Assembly: GCF_910592395.1 (NCBI RefSeq)
Contig: NC_088308.1
Location: 682,001-746,000 of the forward strand
DNA: 64,000 nucleotides
Source: Lineus longissimus
Lineage: Eukaryota
Direction of reading: 5' to 3'
In this document: in pieces, positions 1 to 12,973 of the stretch
Layout of the letters: each line of letters starts with the position of its first letter
Numbering within the stretch: the first letter of the stretch is position 1
Program-made: the position numbers and the translations under genes
The notes under the pieces: model-generated
Seen by the model: only the letters and a program-made list of their open reading frames with translations
The model's database searches: none
Told to the model about the DNA's origin: nothing

Positions 1-2683
1 CCCGCGATATGTGATGTTGCCTCATTACAAACACCGACCATAAAGATTTTGTCAATCTATTTACAACCCGCATGAGCTTCAAAATGGCTAAAAACGGATT
101 TTTAAGATGTGCCTACCTGGGGACCAGAAAGCATACAATAAATGTGGTCTGGGCCCAAAGCTACCTAACCATTATGTCAGGTTTCGGCCAGCCATCCCCA
201 GCCGTTACGAAACGTCCTCCGCCAACAGACGAGCTAAACTACACTCAAATGGTTGGTATGATATGATGTGATGTGTATACCTACGGGCATTGCAGAGTTT
301 CCTCTCTGATCCTAGTTCGACCGCGAATCTCAGTCACATAATAGAATAGTATATCCCAAGGGCGTAGGCCAGAGCGGACCCTGATATAGTTTTGCTATCC
401 GCCCACAAAATTGCATAAGATTCACTTCCCGTATTTCCTACGACAAATCCAATGCTCTTCCCTCGATTCAGTCGGAATCAAAGCATCATTAAGTCATACG
501 CAAGTTACTGAATGGAACCCAACTGCGGACCCTATTCAAGTTGTCCACACGTTCAGCAGGCCTAATCTAGCTAACTGGCCTGCGCCAGACTTATGAATAG
601 GAAATGAGACGGGTCATTTTCACCGCCCGAGAAAATGTAAAAAGTAGGCAGAATCGTTGGCGCGCGATATCCCCTTTAATCCGTTTGTGTCTAAAGAAGG
701 TGAGAATATCCATTTTTGAGACGATAGGCTGCTATATTTTGTCATACCAAACAACGACCAGGTCAACAGTGAACAATGAAAACCATAACGCGTGCGCCCG
801 GCGTTTGACGCACTCGCACAATGGCACTAACTCTCTCGTAATACGGGCCCTTCGTGGACTTGCGAGACGTCCTGTGACCGCCCCTCTATTTGGTATCAAA
901 GCGATAGGGTAAATCGAGTCATTGCAATAGAATTCCCCCATAAGCGAGTTTCTGATACGTCGATCTGGCCTTGCGCGTCGGTGTCCCTCCTTAACATAGA
1001 CTTGGATTGAATGCGAAGGCGGATACTTTTTTAGAATTGAGGCGAACTGCCGATAAATGGGCGTGGTTTCTGAATCTGAATGGAACTCTATTGTCCACAT
1101 ACATGTTCAGCAGGCCGAATTTAGCTAACTGATCTGTGCCGGAGCCTGAACAGAAAATGAGAAGATACATTTTCTTGGGCGGTGAAAATGTAAAGGTATA
1201 GGCAAATCGCAAATCGTGCGATATTCCATTTATTCGTGTCATTATTCTCTGTGTGTGTGTCCAACGCGGTCGGACTTTAAATCTCATGAACAAGTTTCAA
1301 CGCAGAACCGCTTTTATTAAAGAAACCAATAGTGCGGAGCGCAATAACTGTGTCTCCACAACGTCTAATGATAATAGCCCATTGAGTCAGTTATGCCGTT
1401 CTGAAAGCTAACAATAAATGGTTGTATCGAAATAGAATTTGAAAGGCTCTTGTGGCCCTGAAAAGAAAATCGAAAATCTCATAGAACGCCTCGAATCGGC
1501 TTCACTCATGTAGAACCAGAAATATTGAACCGTGCTGGGTTGGATAATGAAGGTGCTGCCGAGTTTTAACTGTTCTCGACCCCGGGTCTCACTTCCAGTG
1601 AGAGATGCCTCTGAAGGCCACGTACTGACATGCTGGTGGTTGATGTCGAGAAAAGAATGTCGGATGACAGAGCTCAATATAGCCTCCCCCTTGCCGTGTC
1701 GACCGTTGATTCACCTGATGGTCGACGGGTATATATAGCCGTGCCTTGTGAAAATTGCTTAGCGGGTTCGTTACCACGTACGGAGGTTGGTCCGGTAACG
1801 ATGTGCAGCTTCCGCTGACTTAGCCCGGCATTGACCTTTCAAGACTGCTGGCATTCGAAGTCAATTCTCATTTCCACATTTACTGGTTTACGTTCCTCTC
1901 TCGTCTTTTGGCATGTGTTTTTTTCAGCATGTCCCATGGACACAGAAACGGTCTATTCAAAGCCCCCATCCGATAGGCCTAAATGCGAACATAAACACGC
2001 AGTACGTTGGGTCTACAAAACCTTCTTCAGTACACGAGGAGGTTACATGAACATAAGTTATGAAGGGATCGCTGACTACTGTGTCAGCTCTCACGCTGTG
2101 ATCTCGCCATATGCAGTCTATTCCAGCAAGACACTAGAACAACGTGCACACGTGCGATTGTAGCCAGAGTTGTATCAGCCGATCAGACAAAAGAGGGAAC
2201 TATGGGACCGAAGTTCACTAGGGCAGAGCCAGATCAGGTATCGGTCACTTAAACTCACCCCGTATCTATTTTGCCGCAGGTGTGCACCAACAAGGCTCGA
2301 GCTCCGAAGGTGTAGCAGCTTTCATCAATGTTTAACCTTAAAGTCGAAAATTCAGTCTGAGCCACCTCTTTGAAAGCCACCTCTTTGAAAGCACCATTTG
2401 TATTAATACCGCGCAATACCAACTGTATGTATATATATAACGGCGTTTGCGTGCCATTTGAATGCATTGAATGAAGAAAGGGATGAATTTTATTTCTCGG
2501 ACCATGAATAAGTGATTGCAACAACATGAATAGCATAACATATTAACACATGGACAATTCACTAGTACTCAACATGATTAATAACTACATGTACTTTTGA
2601 ATTTTGGCGTCCTGCAACATGACACTACTATTCCAGCTGTACCGTTTGTGGTGCTCAGACGTGTCTTCACAGCAGGCGCCGTT

Positions 2684-5600
2684 CTATCCAATGTGCCCAT
2701 TTGTCTTCTTCTCTTCCTCCTGGTTTAATGGTTCAGTCAATTCTATCCGATTCTCCTCGACGTGTTGATGCTTCTTCCTCCGTCTCGGGGGCATCTCTTC
2801 CTGGAGAGGGACCTTGTTGGTCTCCGGTAGGACAACTAGGAAGAGGACAGCACAGAGTATAGACAGCAGCCCGATGATGATGTACGGCACAGTCCAGTGG
2901 CTGATCTGACCCTTAAAATACAACAAAGATTTTGATAAAGCTACGATCATAACGGAGCCCTGCAGACCAGGAGCAATACTTATGCGAACTATTCAGAAGA
3001 CAAATACGGTTTATAAGATATGATAGTGCTTTTCTACTCTGTCATCAGAACCTTGCCTAATCATGAGGTAGAGCAGTCTTTTTCAATCAATGTAGCTTTT
3101 TCTCCAAATATTACACCCTAAGATTGGCTGGGGAAATTGGTAATGCAACTTTCGACTCGCTCCAAGTTCGTAACAGGTTCTTCTGAGAGTCAACCTGATT
3201 ATAACATATTGAGTCGACCTACCAACAATGCAATTTGTGGCGCGAGAATACCTCCCGCTCTTGCCGCCATTCCACATGCACCCATCGCTATGTTTCTGAA
3301 ACAACGATTTGATTGTTGAGAAGGAATTCAACTTGAACTGGTGAAACCGATAAAGTGGCTTCGTGACAAAATTTTGGGGCGGATTAAAAATGCTCTTATC
3401 GCGATAAGTAAGGTGCTTCTTTAACATAAATCTGAAGTTCCCGCAAATACAGTTGCCCCCTATACATTAACGTAAAGTAACCAGGAAATCATTTCAACTG
3501 CTCTAAACAGAAGAAAGAAAATTAAAGTTGTTTTTTTTCTTTTTTTTATTCAGCAACAATATTACATTGGCTCGGAGGGGGACCTTTGGGGAGACGCCGA
3601 CTTAGAAAAGGGCACAAACACACTGAAAATTGAAGTTCACAAGTTGTCTCCTATAGGTGGCATGACTAAAGGAAGCATGTTCCGTAACGATGGAGCGGCA
3701 TGATCACGAGAATGATTAACTATAAAAATAACGATTCTTAGGCCTTCATATAGCATTGTATTTTCTCGTGATTAAAGTCAGTGGATCAGAAATCGACTTA
3801 CCTCAGTAGTGTAGGGAATAGTTCGCTCACACAGATGCCGGCGATACACCACACTGCGATGATGCCCCCCATCCCGATCAGGGCCATAGAAGTGACAAGA
3901 TCTGGGACTTGCCATTTCAGCCCAAGGGCCCCGATGGTAATGATGCCGGTCAGACAAACGATGGGGACCATGATGTAGACGAAGAAGGTTTTACGGCGAC
4001 CAAATCTAAAGGACATAAAAGTGATACGGGTGTGGCATTAATTGGTTGATGACTTTAAAATGGCTTCCAGCAGGCCCATGACTTCTTCAAACAGGATAAT
4101 TGAGAAATCGTTAATAACCTGCAGTAAACAGTGATGAAGCAGTACGTTTCATCCCTGAAAGTCACAAGGCACGACCCAGACTGCTCGGCATGAACACTGG
4201 CGAAAATCCTTATTAGAGGTTGTCATTAGTCTGATGTTAGAAGCGGTGGTAAGCAGGGGCCGTCACCCAAGTTGGTACTTTCATGGGGATCAAACTGACA
4301 GCGTTTGGCGCAATGTCTGTTTGACTTATTCAGATATCTGATGGATATCAGCAGATTTGCCCTGTGTTGTATACTCTTATCCACTCCGTGCTAGATGTTA
4401 ATTATAGCTGATATTCTACAAAATATACCACACAGGAGCAACAAAGTGACATTGAAATCCCTTACCTATCAGCACAGGGGATGATGGACAAAGTGAAAAA
4501 CATGGTCACGGTGGAGCTGATGCATAAATTGGCGTGGATAGTCCCAGAGAATGTGTCGTACATATTGCTGATCCCGTAGGCAAACAAACTGCAGGTGAAC
4601 CTGGAGGAAGGAAAGGATAAATATTACAATACGTAAAATCTGAAAGGTCCTTGGTGAAATGTTTGATTTGTGCAATTATATTATTGCACATTTCCATGGT
4701 ACATGTACGTATCAACCGCCACATCACACAACGTTCAAACTCTCGTTTAGCTTTCCAGTATGGCCGCCACTACCGCCGCTTAAATTTTGTTACGGTCGAT
4801 CTATTTCGAGGCCTCGTTTGCAAATTATATATCGAAGTACAGCACTGTGCCTAAGGTATGTTAACTGATGTCAGAAACTTTATCTGAAATCGATGCTATA
4901 TAGGCTTCCATATTACTTTGACATAGAAACTGAGTGGCAATCTATACGTTCCAAAGGCCACACACTATGTTGACAACCACGTCGCTCACCAAGATGACAG
5001 CTGAAGCCCTTACCAAGTCAACATGATGACTGACGCCCTTTTCGCCATATCCGCCGTCCTGAACAGGTCGTGGTAACTGTACTGACCCTCTTCTTTCTGC
5101 CTCTTCAGAGCTTCTTTGGCTATCTGCTTCAGCACGGACATGTCAGGGACCTCCCGCTTGTTCACGCGGGCCATCTCCCGTATGATCTTCTCTGCTTCAT
5201 CGAAACGACCTTTCTGGATGAGCCAGCGGACGCTCTCCGGGACGAACCTTTGGTAAAGAGGAGAGGTGTTAATGAGCGACCTTTCTGGCTGAGCCAGCGG
5301 ATGCTCTCCGGGACCCTTTGTTAGAGAGGAAATGTGTTAATGAGCGGCCTTTCTGGATGAGCCAGTGAATGCTCTCCGGGAAGAACCTTTGGTAAAGAGG
5401 AGGGGTGTTAATGAGCGACCTTTCTGGATGAGCCAGCGGATGCTCTCCGGGACGAACCTTTGGTAAAGAGGAGAAGTGTTAATGAGCGGCCTTTCTGGAG
5501 GAGGCAGTGAATGCTCTCCGGGACGAACCTTTGGTAAAGAGGAGGGGTGTTAATGAGCGACCTTTCTGGCTGAGCCAGCCGATGCTCTCCGGGAAGAACC

Positions 5601-8600
5601 TTTGGTAAAGAGGAGGGGTGTTAATGAGCGACCTTTCTGGCTGAGCCAGCGGATGCTCTCCGGGACGAACCTTTGGTAAAGAGGAGGGGTGTTAATGAGC
5701 GACCTTTCTGGATGAGTCGGTGGATGCTCTCCGGGACGAACCTTTGGTAAAGAGGAGGGGTGTTAATGAGCGGCCTGTGGATGCTCTCCGGGAAGAACCT
5801 TTGGTAAAGAGGAGGGGTGTTAATGAGCGACCTTTCTGGATGAGCCAGTGAATGCTCTCCGGGAAGAACCTTTAGTAAAGAGGAGGGGTGTTAATGAGCG
5901 GCCTTTCTGGATGAGCCAGCGGACGCTCTCCGGGACGAACCTTTGGTAAATAGGGTAGTTGTAAAACAAGAAACACAGAAACGAAACAAAAACACAGAAA
6001 CGCAGAAACGAAACGCAGAAACAAAAATCAAACGGGTTTTCATAAAAGTTGGAATCAAGCGGCACGCCGATACTTTCCTTGCCCAATCCGTTGTTATTGT
6101 CGTTTAAAAGTAAAATCTTAGGTTGGTGGGTTGCGGCCAGCCGGAATGCAATAGAGTTGTTGAGGGGATACATGGAGCAACTTGGGGGGGGGGGGGGGGG
6201 GGGGGGGGGCGGCACGATATGGGTGAAGTCTTTTGAGGTGGTGGTGTAGTACTTTGGTAGGTTCGATTGGATTCCTACAGCATGTTATTTTAAATGAAGG
6301 TGCAGTGCAACATCTTGCCTTGTAGTGTTCAATTTACATGAAGTACCAGGATCATCCTACAAATCCCGTCTGATGCAGCACTAAATGCAAGGTACGGTAC
6401 CAGTACATGGGTGAATCATTTCGACGTTATGTGAGACGTGAGAGACCAATTTTGGCGACTAGAATAGAGTAAAGTGGGGGGGGGGGCGGGCGGGCACTAG
6501 ACTTGGACTTGGAGTAACTCAATCTTGCCTGCCCAGCTTTAAATAGTCCCTTTAAATATATGTTTATGTTAATGAGGTTGCAGTAGGGAAGTTCAGCCTA
6601 GTGTCGTGCACAGGCCATGGAATGTACAAAAGAACAGGACTCGCTATTCGAAGGACTATTTTCTATTTACGCCGTGTAGTACATACATGTAGTGTATTGG
6701 GGAGGTCAGTGTAAATAGAAAATAGTCCTTCGAATAGAGAGTCATGTTCTATTGTACATTCCTAGCAGGCCTATGGTCGTGTTCTGGTCATTGGTCATGC
6801 CGACTTACTGGCGGCTCATATCGATCATAAAGTCCTCATGCCCTACAGATGGTGGATCGGCATGGTCAGGGGCACGATCAAAATCTGCGCACACGTTGAT
6901 GAGGCTAAAAGGGGTATTGGGAAATGAGCATTCCTCCTTCCATTCCGACTGAATACCAGTTTTAGTTCCACCCGCGTTCGCGGCCACAACCATGGCAACA
7001 AGATGGAGTCTGCAGACCAGAATTCGCCACAAGACTGGTTTCTGCGTTTCGTTTCTGTGTTTCTGTGTTTCTGTTTCGTTTCTGTGTTTCTTGTTTTACA
7101 ACTACCCTGGTAAATAGGAGAGGTGTTAATGAGCGGCCTTTCTGGATGAGCCTGCGGATGCTCTCCGGGACGAACCTTTGGTAAAGAGGAGATGTGTTAA
7201 TGAGCGACCTTTCTGGATGAGCCAGCGGATGCTCTCCGGGACGAACCTTTGGTAAAGAGGAGGGGTGTTAATGAGCGACCTTTCTGGATGAGTCAGCGAA
7301 TGCTCTCCGGGACGAACCTTTGGTAAAGAGGAGAGGTGTTAATGAGCGACCTTTCTGGATGAGCCAGCGGATGCTCTCCGGGACGAACCTTTGGTAAAGA
7401 GGAGAGGTGTTAATGAGCGACCTTTCTGGATGAGTCAGCGAATGCTCTCCGGGACGAACCTTTGGTAAAGAGGAGATGTGTTAATGAGCGACCTTTCTGG
7501 CTGAGCCAGCGGATGCTCTCCGGGACGAACCTTTGGTAAAGAGGAGAGGTGTTAATGAGCGACCTTTCTGGCTGAGCCAGCGGATGCTCTCCGGGACGAA
7601 CCTTTGGTAAAGAGGAGGGGTGTTAATGAGCGACCTTTCTGGATGAGCCTGCGGATGCTCTCCGGGACGAACCTTTGGTAAAGAAGAGAGGTGTTAATGA
7701 GCGGCCTTGGTTGCCTGTCCAGACCCGTATTGGCCCTCAGTGTAAGACTGTAAGATGGTTCCAGTCATTCACGTATGTGCCTCCTAGCTTCCTTTAAATC
7801 AGTGAGATAGAAACTGTCCTCAATACTTACAAAATAATTCCAAGTATCAAGGGAGCCCCCAAGAGTCCGGAAGCCAAAGCAATGTACCTCCACGTTACCA
7901 CCTGCCACGCAATCAGGGCCATCAACATACCACCGAAAGCCCAGGCCCCGAGCGAGCCGACCAGCGTACGGTACCTTGTTCCTATGAACTCCATCGGGAG
8001 GGTGTAGCAAACACCGACCGATCCGGCTGGAAGGCAAACCATTCATGGATACATTGATAATGATACTTCGAGTATATGCATTGCCTCAGTGCCATGTATT
8101 TTATCTGGTACTGTATAAGAAAGTTTCTGATGAACAAACTCTTAACATCAACGATTAACGATTGTAAATGTTGCCAATTGCAAATTGTCTGAAGAATATT
8201 GAAGTAATGACACATGTCACGTGTGCGGAAAAGGCAATCTCTCCAGCACACCTACCAAAGAACATCCCTTTGATAAATGAGATCGCCGTGTAGAGCTGCC
8301 ATGAGTTAGACAATGCGAGTAAACACTGCAGTGTGAACATGACGCTGGCTGATATCAATAGTGTCTTCTTCCTCCCGATGGTGTCCGCGGCCTGCCCGCC
8401 AAGGATGGCACCAATCAGGACCCCGGCCATTTGAATACTGACCGTCATCTTTGGAATGTAGGCATAGTCGCATAAAAGATTCCACTGGAAATATAACCGA
8501 TTTAAACTTGTGTAAAGTGTGGTATAGGTTAAGAAGTTTACTGTCACGTAGTTCTGGCCTCTGAAAACTCCCCTTCTCCATACTTGTACCCTTCCTACTC

Positions 8601-9196
8601 ATCCCACTGCCACATGGTTCTGGGATCACCAGAAAAGCCCCCCCCCCCCTTATCCATAACGCACATGCTTTCACCCCTCCCTCCACTTACTCATCTTCCA
8701 CGTGGTTCTGACATCGAAAAGCTCCTTCTCCATGCATAAAGGGAAGATGGAAGAACATATGTTACTGTCAAATACTCACATCCGTGACCATTGAAGTGAA
8801 CCCATCGTTGAAGATATACTCTTCGCAAGGTGTCCCATCCATACTACACATCCCTGCCGTACCATTAGGCCACGTGCCATTAAATGTAGAATTCGAACCC
8901 GCAAATCTTCCGCAATGCCAACCAGGACTAGCAGTGACGAAGATAAACAAGCCCATACAAGCATAGCTCGGAATGTCCATCAGAGTCAAAACAGCAAAAA
9001 GGCGGATTTGGTAAACTCCGAATTCGCCCACCTTCTTCAGGATTAGTTCTTCAAATGTTCCTTTTTCAGCGTCTTTTTCAGAGTCAATTCCATTTTCATC
9101 ATAAATGTCACAGAGGGTGTTGTTATCAGATGTACTTGGATCCGTCTCTGGATTTGATGAAAGATATGATCCGGTTTCTCTCGATTCGACCTCCAT
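2684..9196 (-). CDS. SLC22-family organic cation/anion transporter (MFS), 8 coding exons: 9196-8780, 8484-8256, 8026-7831, 5247-5014, 4600-4466, 4005-3802, 3295-3223, 2911-2684
   Basis: Spliced translation gives SLC22 motifs: FEELILKKVGEFGVYQ, FTSMVTD|WNLLCD, GGQAADTIGRKK, MEFIGTRYR, FVPESVRWLIQKGRFDEAEKI, DRFGRRKT, VSELFPTLLRNIAMGACGMAARAGGILAPQI, LPETNKVPL. All junctions are GT-AG with compatible phases. Confidence 0.93.
5953..7107. mobile_element. Non-autonomous Mutator-like (MULE) DNA transposon, 1155 bp
   Basis: TIRs GGGTAGTTGTAAAACAAGAAACACAGAAACGAAAC...GTTTCGTTTCTGTGTTTCTTGTTTTACAACTACCC, flanked by a perfect 9-bp duplication TGGTAAATA (5944-5952 and 7108-7116). G-starting TIRs with a 9-bp TSD fit MULEs. 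No transposase ORF. Confidence 0.85.
6619..6762. repeat. 52-bp-arm inverted repeat (hairpin or MITE-like) inside the MULE
   Basis: GGAATGTACAAAAGAACAGGACTCGCTATTCGAAGGACTATTTTCTATTTAC (6619-6670) and its reverse complement at 6711-6762 differ at 3 positions. Confidence 0.85.
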
Positions 9197-12100
9197 TTTA
9201 TAGTTGATTCCGCATGCACCTATGTCACAGTGTCCGGGCTATAGGCCTACTCGTATAGTATGTTCTTATCTGTGCGTTTTGGGGTGAAGACACATGGACA
9301 AGACACATAGGGCACGGAATCGTGGATTCATTTTGAAAATCAACACCTGATAAGAAATATCAGATCAATTTACTATGATGTTGACCGGGCATAGAGTAAT
9401 CTATCCTTGTCATGGCCTAGGTCATCCTAACTTTCATGCATTTGAGTCACCACTATCGATCTCCACAGTGAGGGATTTAGCGATTAAAAAAACCATTGCG
9501 GGTCAAGATGGGCCAAGACCTTATGTGGAGGAGGTTTGATAACATGATTCGTCGCGAATGCTCTGACGTAGCAACGAGATCGGACATCTCATTCTTGTTG
9601 AGCTATCAGCTGGTTCGATACTTACTTTAAAGTGTCTTCTTGGGAAAAAACATTTAATCAGCCCTCGTTCGTCTGCTCAAGAAGTGTACAGGGTACATGT
9701 AAACAGATGGTCGGCCAACCTAGATTCGGCCTTTTGTCGGCCCTCATGGGTTCGGCTGCACCTTTGATAAAGCAGTATAATTCTGAGATGCAACTCTCGT
9801 GTTTATCGAGGGTGACTTCCTAATGTTTACCTAGATCGTAGTCTATTAAGGTATGTGGTCCTTTTAGGCATGGACCCTTAATCTGTCATTGAACAATGAA
9901 TTCGGAACAATCATTTGTAAATCTGATTTCCAATTGGAGGAAAAAGTTTTCAACGTGGTCTAGTTTCCTAGGAATAGATGGAGACACCGTCAGACGAATC
10001 GTACTTCGCCTCAGATCAAACGTATGTCGTCTACCCGAATAACGGAATGTCGGACTCGATTCGCGGGCAAGGTTTGAATGTTCAGGTGGGACGAGGAGAC
10101 GTCACAGTCACAACACTTCGATATGACCAGCGCGATGTCTCTAAATTGGTTCTCAGCCCTTTCCTTCATTGTTTTGGAACATCAGAGAACAATCCGCAGT
10201 TGATACCAGCGACCAATGTCACAACCAGTTCGGATCCGCAGTTGGGGCGAGGAGATGTTTCTCCATGTGTACCATGGCCAGATATGAACTATGCGTATAC
10301 AGTGGTGAGGTGATCATGACAATAATCTGGATGGTCTGTGATTGCACACATCTCGAGCCCCTCAGCAGCTGATGTGCTGCTTGCCATGGCGCCCACTCCT
10401 GTCTTTGAGGCAGAGGACACTGTCACAACCTGATATGACACATTTTTAAGGGACAAAATCTTTGCAATTCACCTGCTCAATAGTTTCAGGGGACAATAAC
10501 TGGCCATTCGTTCTCATGCAGTTAGACAAGTCTTACGGCCTCTGCAGGTCATCCCAGTCATAATCCGTCTGATCAGGTGAAGCAATGTAGAGATGAGCAG
10601 GGGGTAGTCACGGAGACAACATCATCCTGTTCTGAGCAGACTCATTCCATCATATGTCAGAAGACAATGAAGAGGATCATCAGGACCATGGGACAGTGTC
10701 ATCAGTTCAGGTAGGTTATCATTAACCAACTCAACGCTAAGAATCGGGACAATGTCACAACCATACTGTTCACTGTTCACTTGCGGAGTTTTTTGGGGTT
10801 TTTTTTCAGTTTTGTTTTTGCTTGTGACTGTCTCTGTTGGCTGTTCCAATTGGTTGTACCGAGGAACATACTTATGGAGCCAATAGAAACTCTGTCATGA
10901 GTCAAGAAACGCAGCCTTATTTAGCCCTCAAGGACGACTGTCTCTCTCCTGGACTGAAATGAACAATACAAAATTTAAGAAAGACGATAATTTCTTGACA
11001 TCAGTTTTTATTTACTTTATCATGGCATACTGATATCATAAACATCGTGCAATAGTACAATACTTGTGATCTTTTAACAGAGCACCATTCATTTTAATAC
11101 AAGTAGTCCTATACACTTATTATTTGTACATTAATTGCATATATAAATAACATCACATTTGAATACACACACTAAAAACAACTTGTATAAACTTCTACAA
11201 GCATTTTTGTTTGACATATAATTGAAATTGTTTATCCATTGATCTTAATTGGAAGACACCATAAATGAGATTGTGCACAAAACTACATCCTATTTCATCT
11301 TAATTTTTTGGCGTGAATTTTATAACTTTGTCAAACGCTAGTCGCTAAATTAGTACTTTTTTTGTTGAAAACCTGCTAAAACCATATTGGTGTGAGCAAT
11401 GCAGACATTTTCTACTGGCATTTTGCAACTGCTTCATCAAACTGTTCTGTTCTTCTCTCTCCACAACCACTCGGCCATAACAATTGTCTAAACTAACATG
11501 AAGTCGACCGAGGTCTTTTGACCGTTGAGAGGACGTACGCATGGTTTCCACCCAAAATACCAGCCACCATAGAACCACAAGACTTCTCCGGACAACTGAT
11601 TTCTGCAAGCAGACGTTTCCCTGGTAATTTTTATGTCACATTCAAATCAAGAGATTCTGTATAGGCCTAAGAGATAAGACATCATAAGACAGCATAACAA
11701 GATAAGATTTATGTGTCTGACACAACCCAAGCTTGATTTCATCCATGGGGGTATAGCATGTAACACCAAAAGCAATTTATTTACAATTCATGCTGAGGGA
11801 AAGGTTTGCCACATCCCCCAGCATGTGACACTTAGAACAATCACCAAGACAGCCACAAGTCCTTACTTGCACCATGACTGATTGGACTCGCTTTCCCTAG
11901 TGGAGTAGCAGGTAGGAGTGCATATTGTACCACATCATTCAGATCAAACACAATTTGCTCAGAGTTATGGCTGAAAACTCTTGGAACAAAACATTGACGA
12001 TCAATCCACTGGCATGAAAACAGCATGACAAATGAATTTCAAAAACACTTTGCAATTTTGGTGCAATAAAGCCAAAGATAGCCAACTAGTAAGTCAGCAG

Positions 12101-12893
12101 TGCGAGTTTAAAGTCACATTTAGGTCTAAACTATGCACTTTTCAGATCTAATTCCTCATTTTTATACTCATTATTTAAAAAGTGATGTGATGTGAGTGAC
12201 CTTTGTACATGTACATAACATCGAGAATTAATAAAGATTTGTCCTGACCAATTCCACCCTGACGAAATCAGGGGTTCCCTTCTCTGGTCAGAGAAGCAAC
12301 CATTAAACTCAGATTTCCTCAGCATGTACTCATTCTAAATCACATCAGATTTATGTACATTCACAATATACAGATCTAAATACATTGTACATGACATTAC
12401 ACCAAGAATTAATCCTGATTACATGAACCATGAGAAACATGACAAAAAGCTTGTAATACAAAAATGTTTACATGCAGTCAAATTACTTGAAGTACCAGAC
12501 ATGTCTGATGGCCTTTGATTGGCTGAAAATACTTGAAAACTTGTTCATACTTTTCAACAGCAATTCAGTAAAAGTAAAGTTTTGGGGAATCAGACGAGAC
12601 TAGAACTTCAAAGCCCTGGGAACAAAATTAGATGAGACTCTTAACTTATAGTGATATAACACATGTTTGCCTTGCCCAGGACACAACTTACCAATACAGA
12701 TACCCATGCAGTTTGTGAAGCCGCCTTAGATCAAATCTTCTTCTATCATCTCCCGATTTGTTTATCTGACACCCCTGGTTCAAACCAAGTGCACTAAAAT
12801 CAATGAACATGTTGAACACTTCATGACATTGATGTGCAGCAACAGCTCATGTGACAGCGATGAGTTCAATCCTGTTTAACGGTAGACATCGTA

Positions 12894-12973
12894 GGCCTCC
12901 ATGAGGTGGTAGTGAGTCGTACACGACTCTATCTAAGGCCAGTCGGTCGTGGGTTCAAATCCCAGTCTGGTTC
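12894..12973 (+). mobile_element. Degenerate tRNA-derived SINE head or tRNA pseudogene
   Basis: B-box-like GGGTTCAAATCCC preceded by a degenerate A-box region; no intact cloverleaf. Confidence 0.4.

Larger units (their letters stand above)
5206..7707. repeat. 71-bp minisatellite (about 19 copies) made of the SLC22 intron 3 acceptor plus the first ~42 nt of exon 4; interrupted by a transposon at 5953-7107
   Basis: Unit GAGCGACCTTTCTGGATGAGCCAGCGGATGCTCTCCGGGACGAACCTTTGGTAAAGAGGAGRGGTGTTAAT; 11 copies counted left of the insertion and 8 right of it. Confidence 0.95.

Noticed and set aside
5820..6249. Poly-Pro and poly-Gly ORFs (5820-6215 on -, 6049-6249 on +)
   Set aside because: They arise from a G homopolymer inside the MULE plus read-through into the repeat; not a gene.
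5206..7707. CRISPR-like array
   Set aside because: Units are contiguous tandem copies with no unique spacers, there are no cas genes, and the context is eukaryotic.
9978..10640. 111-aa ORF with repeated GRGDV and nearby exon-like segments on the minus strand
   Set aside because: No recognisable domain, and no consistent spliced frame could be built.
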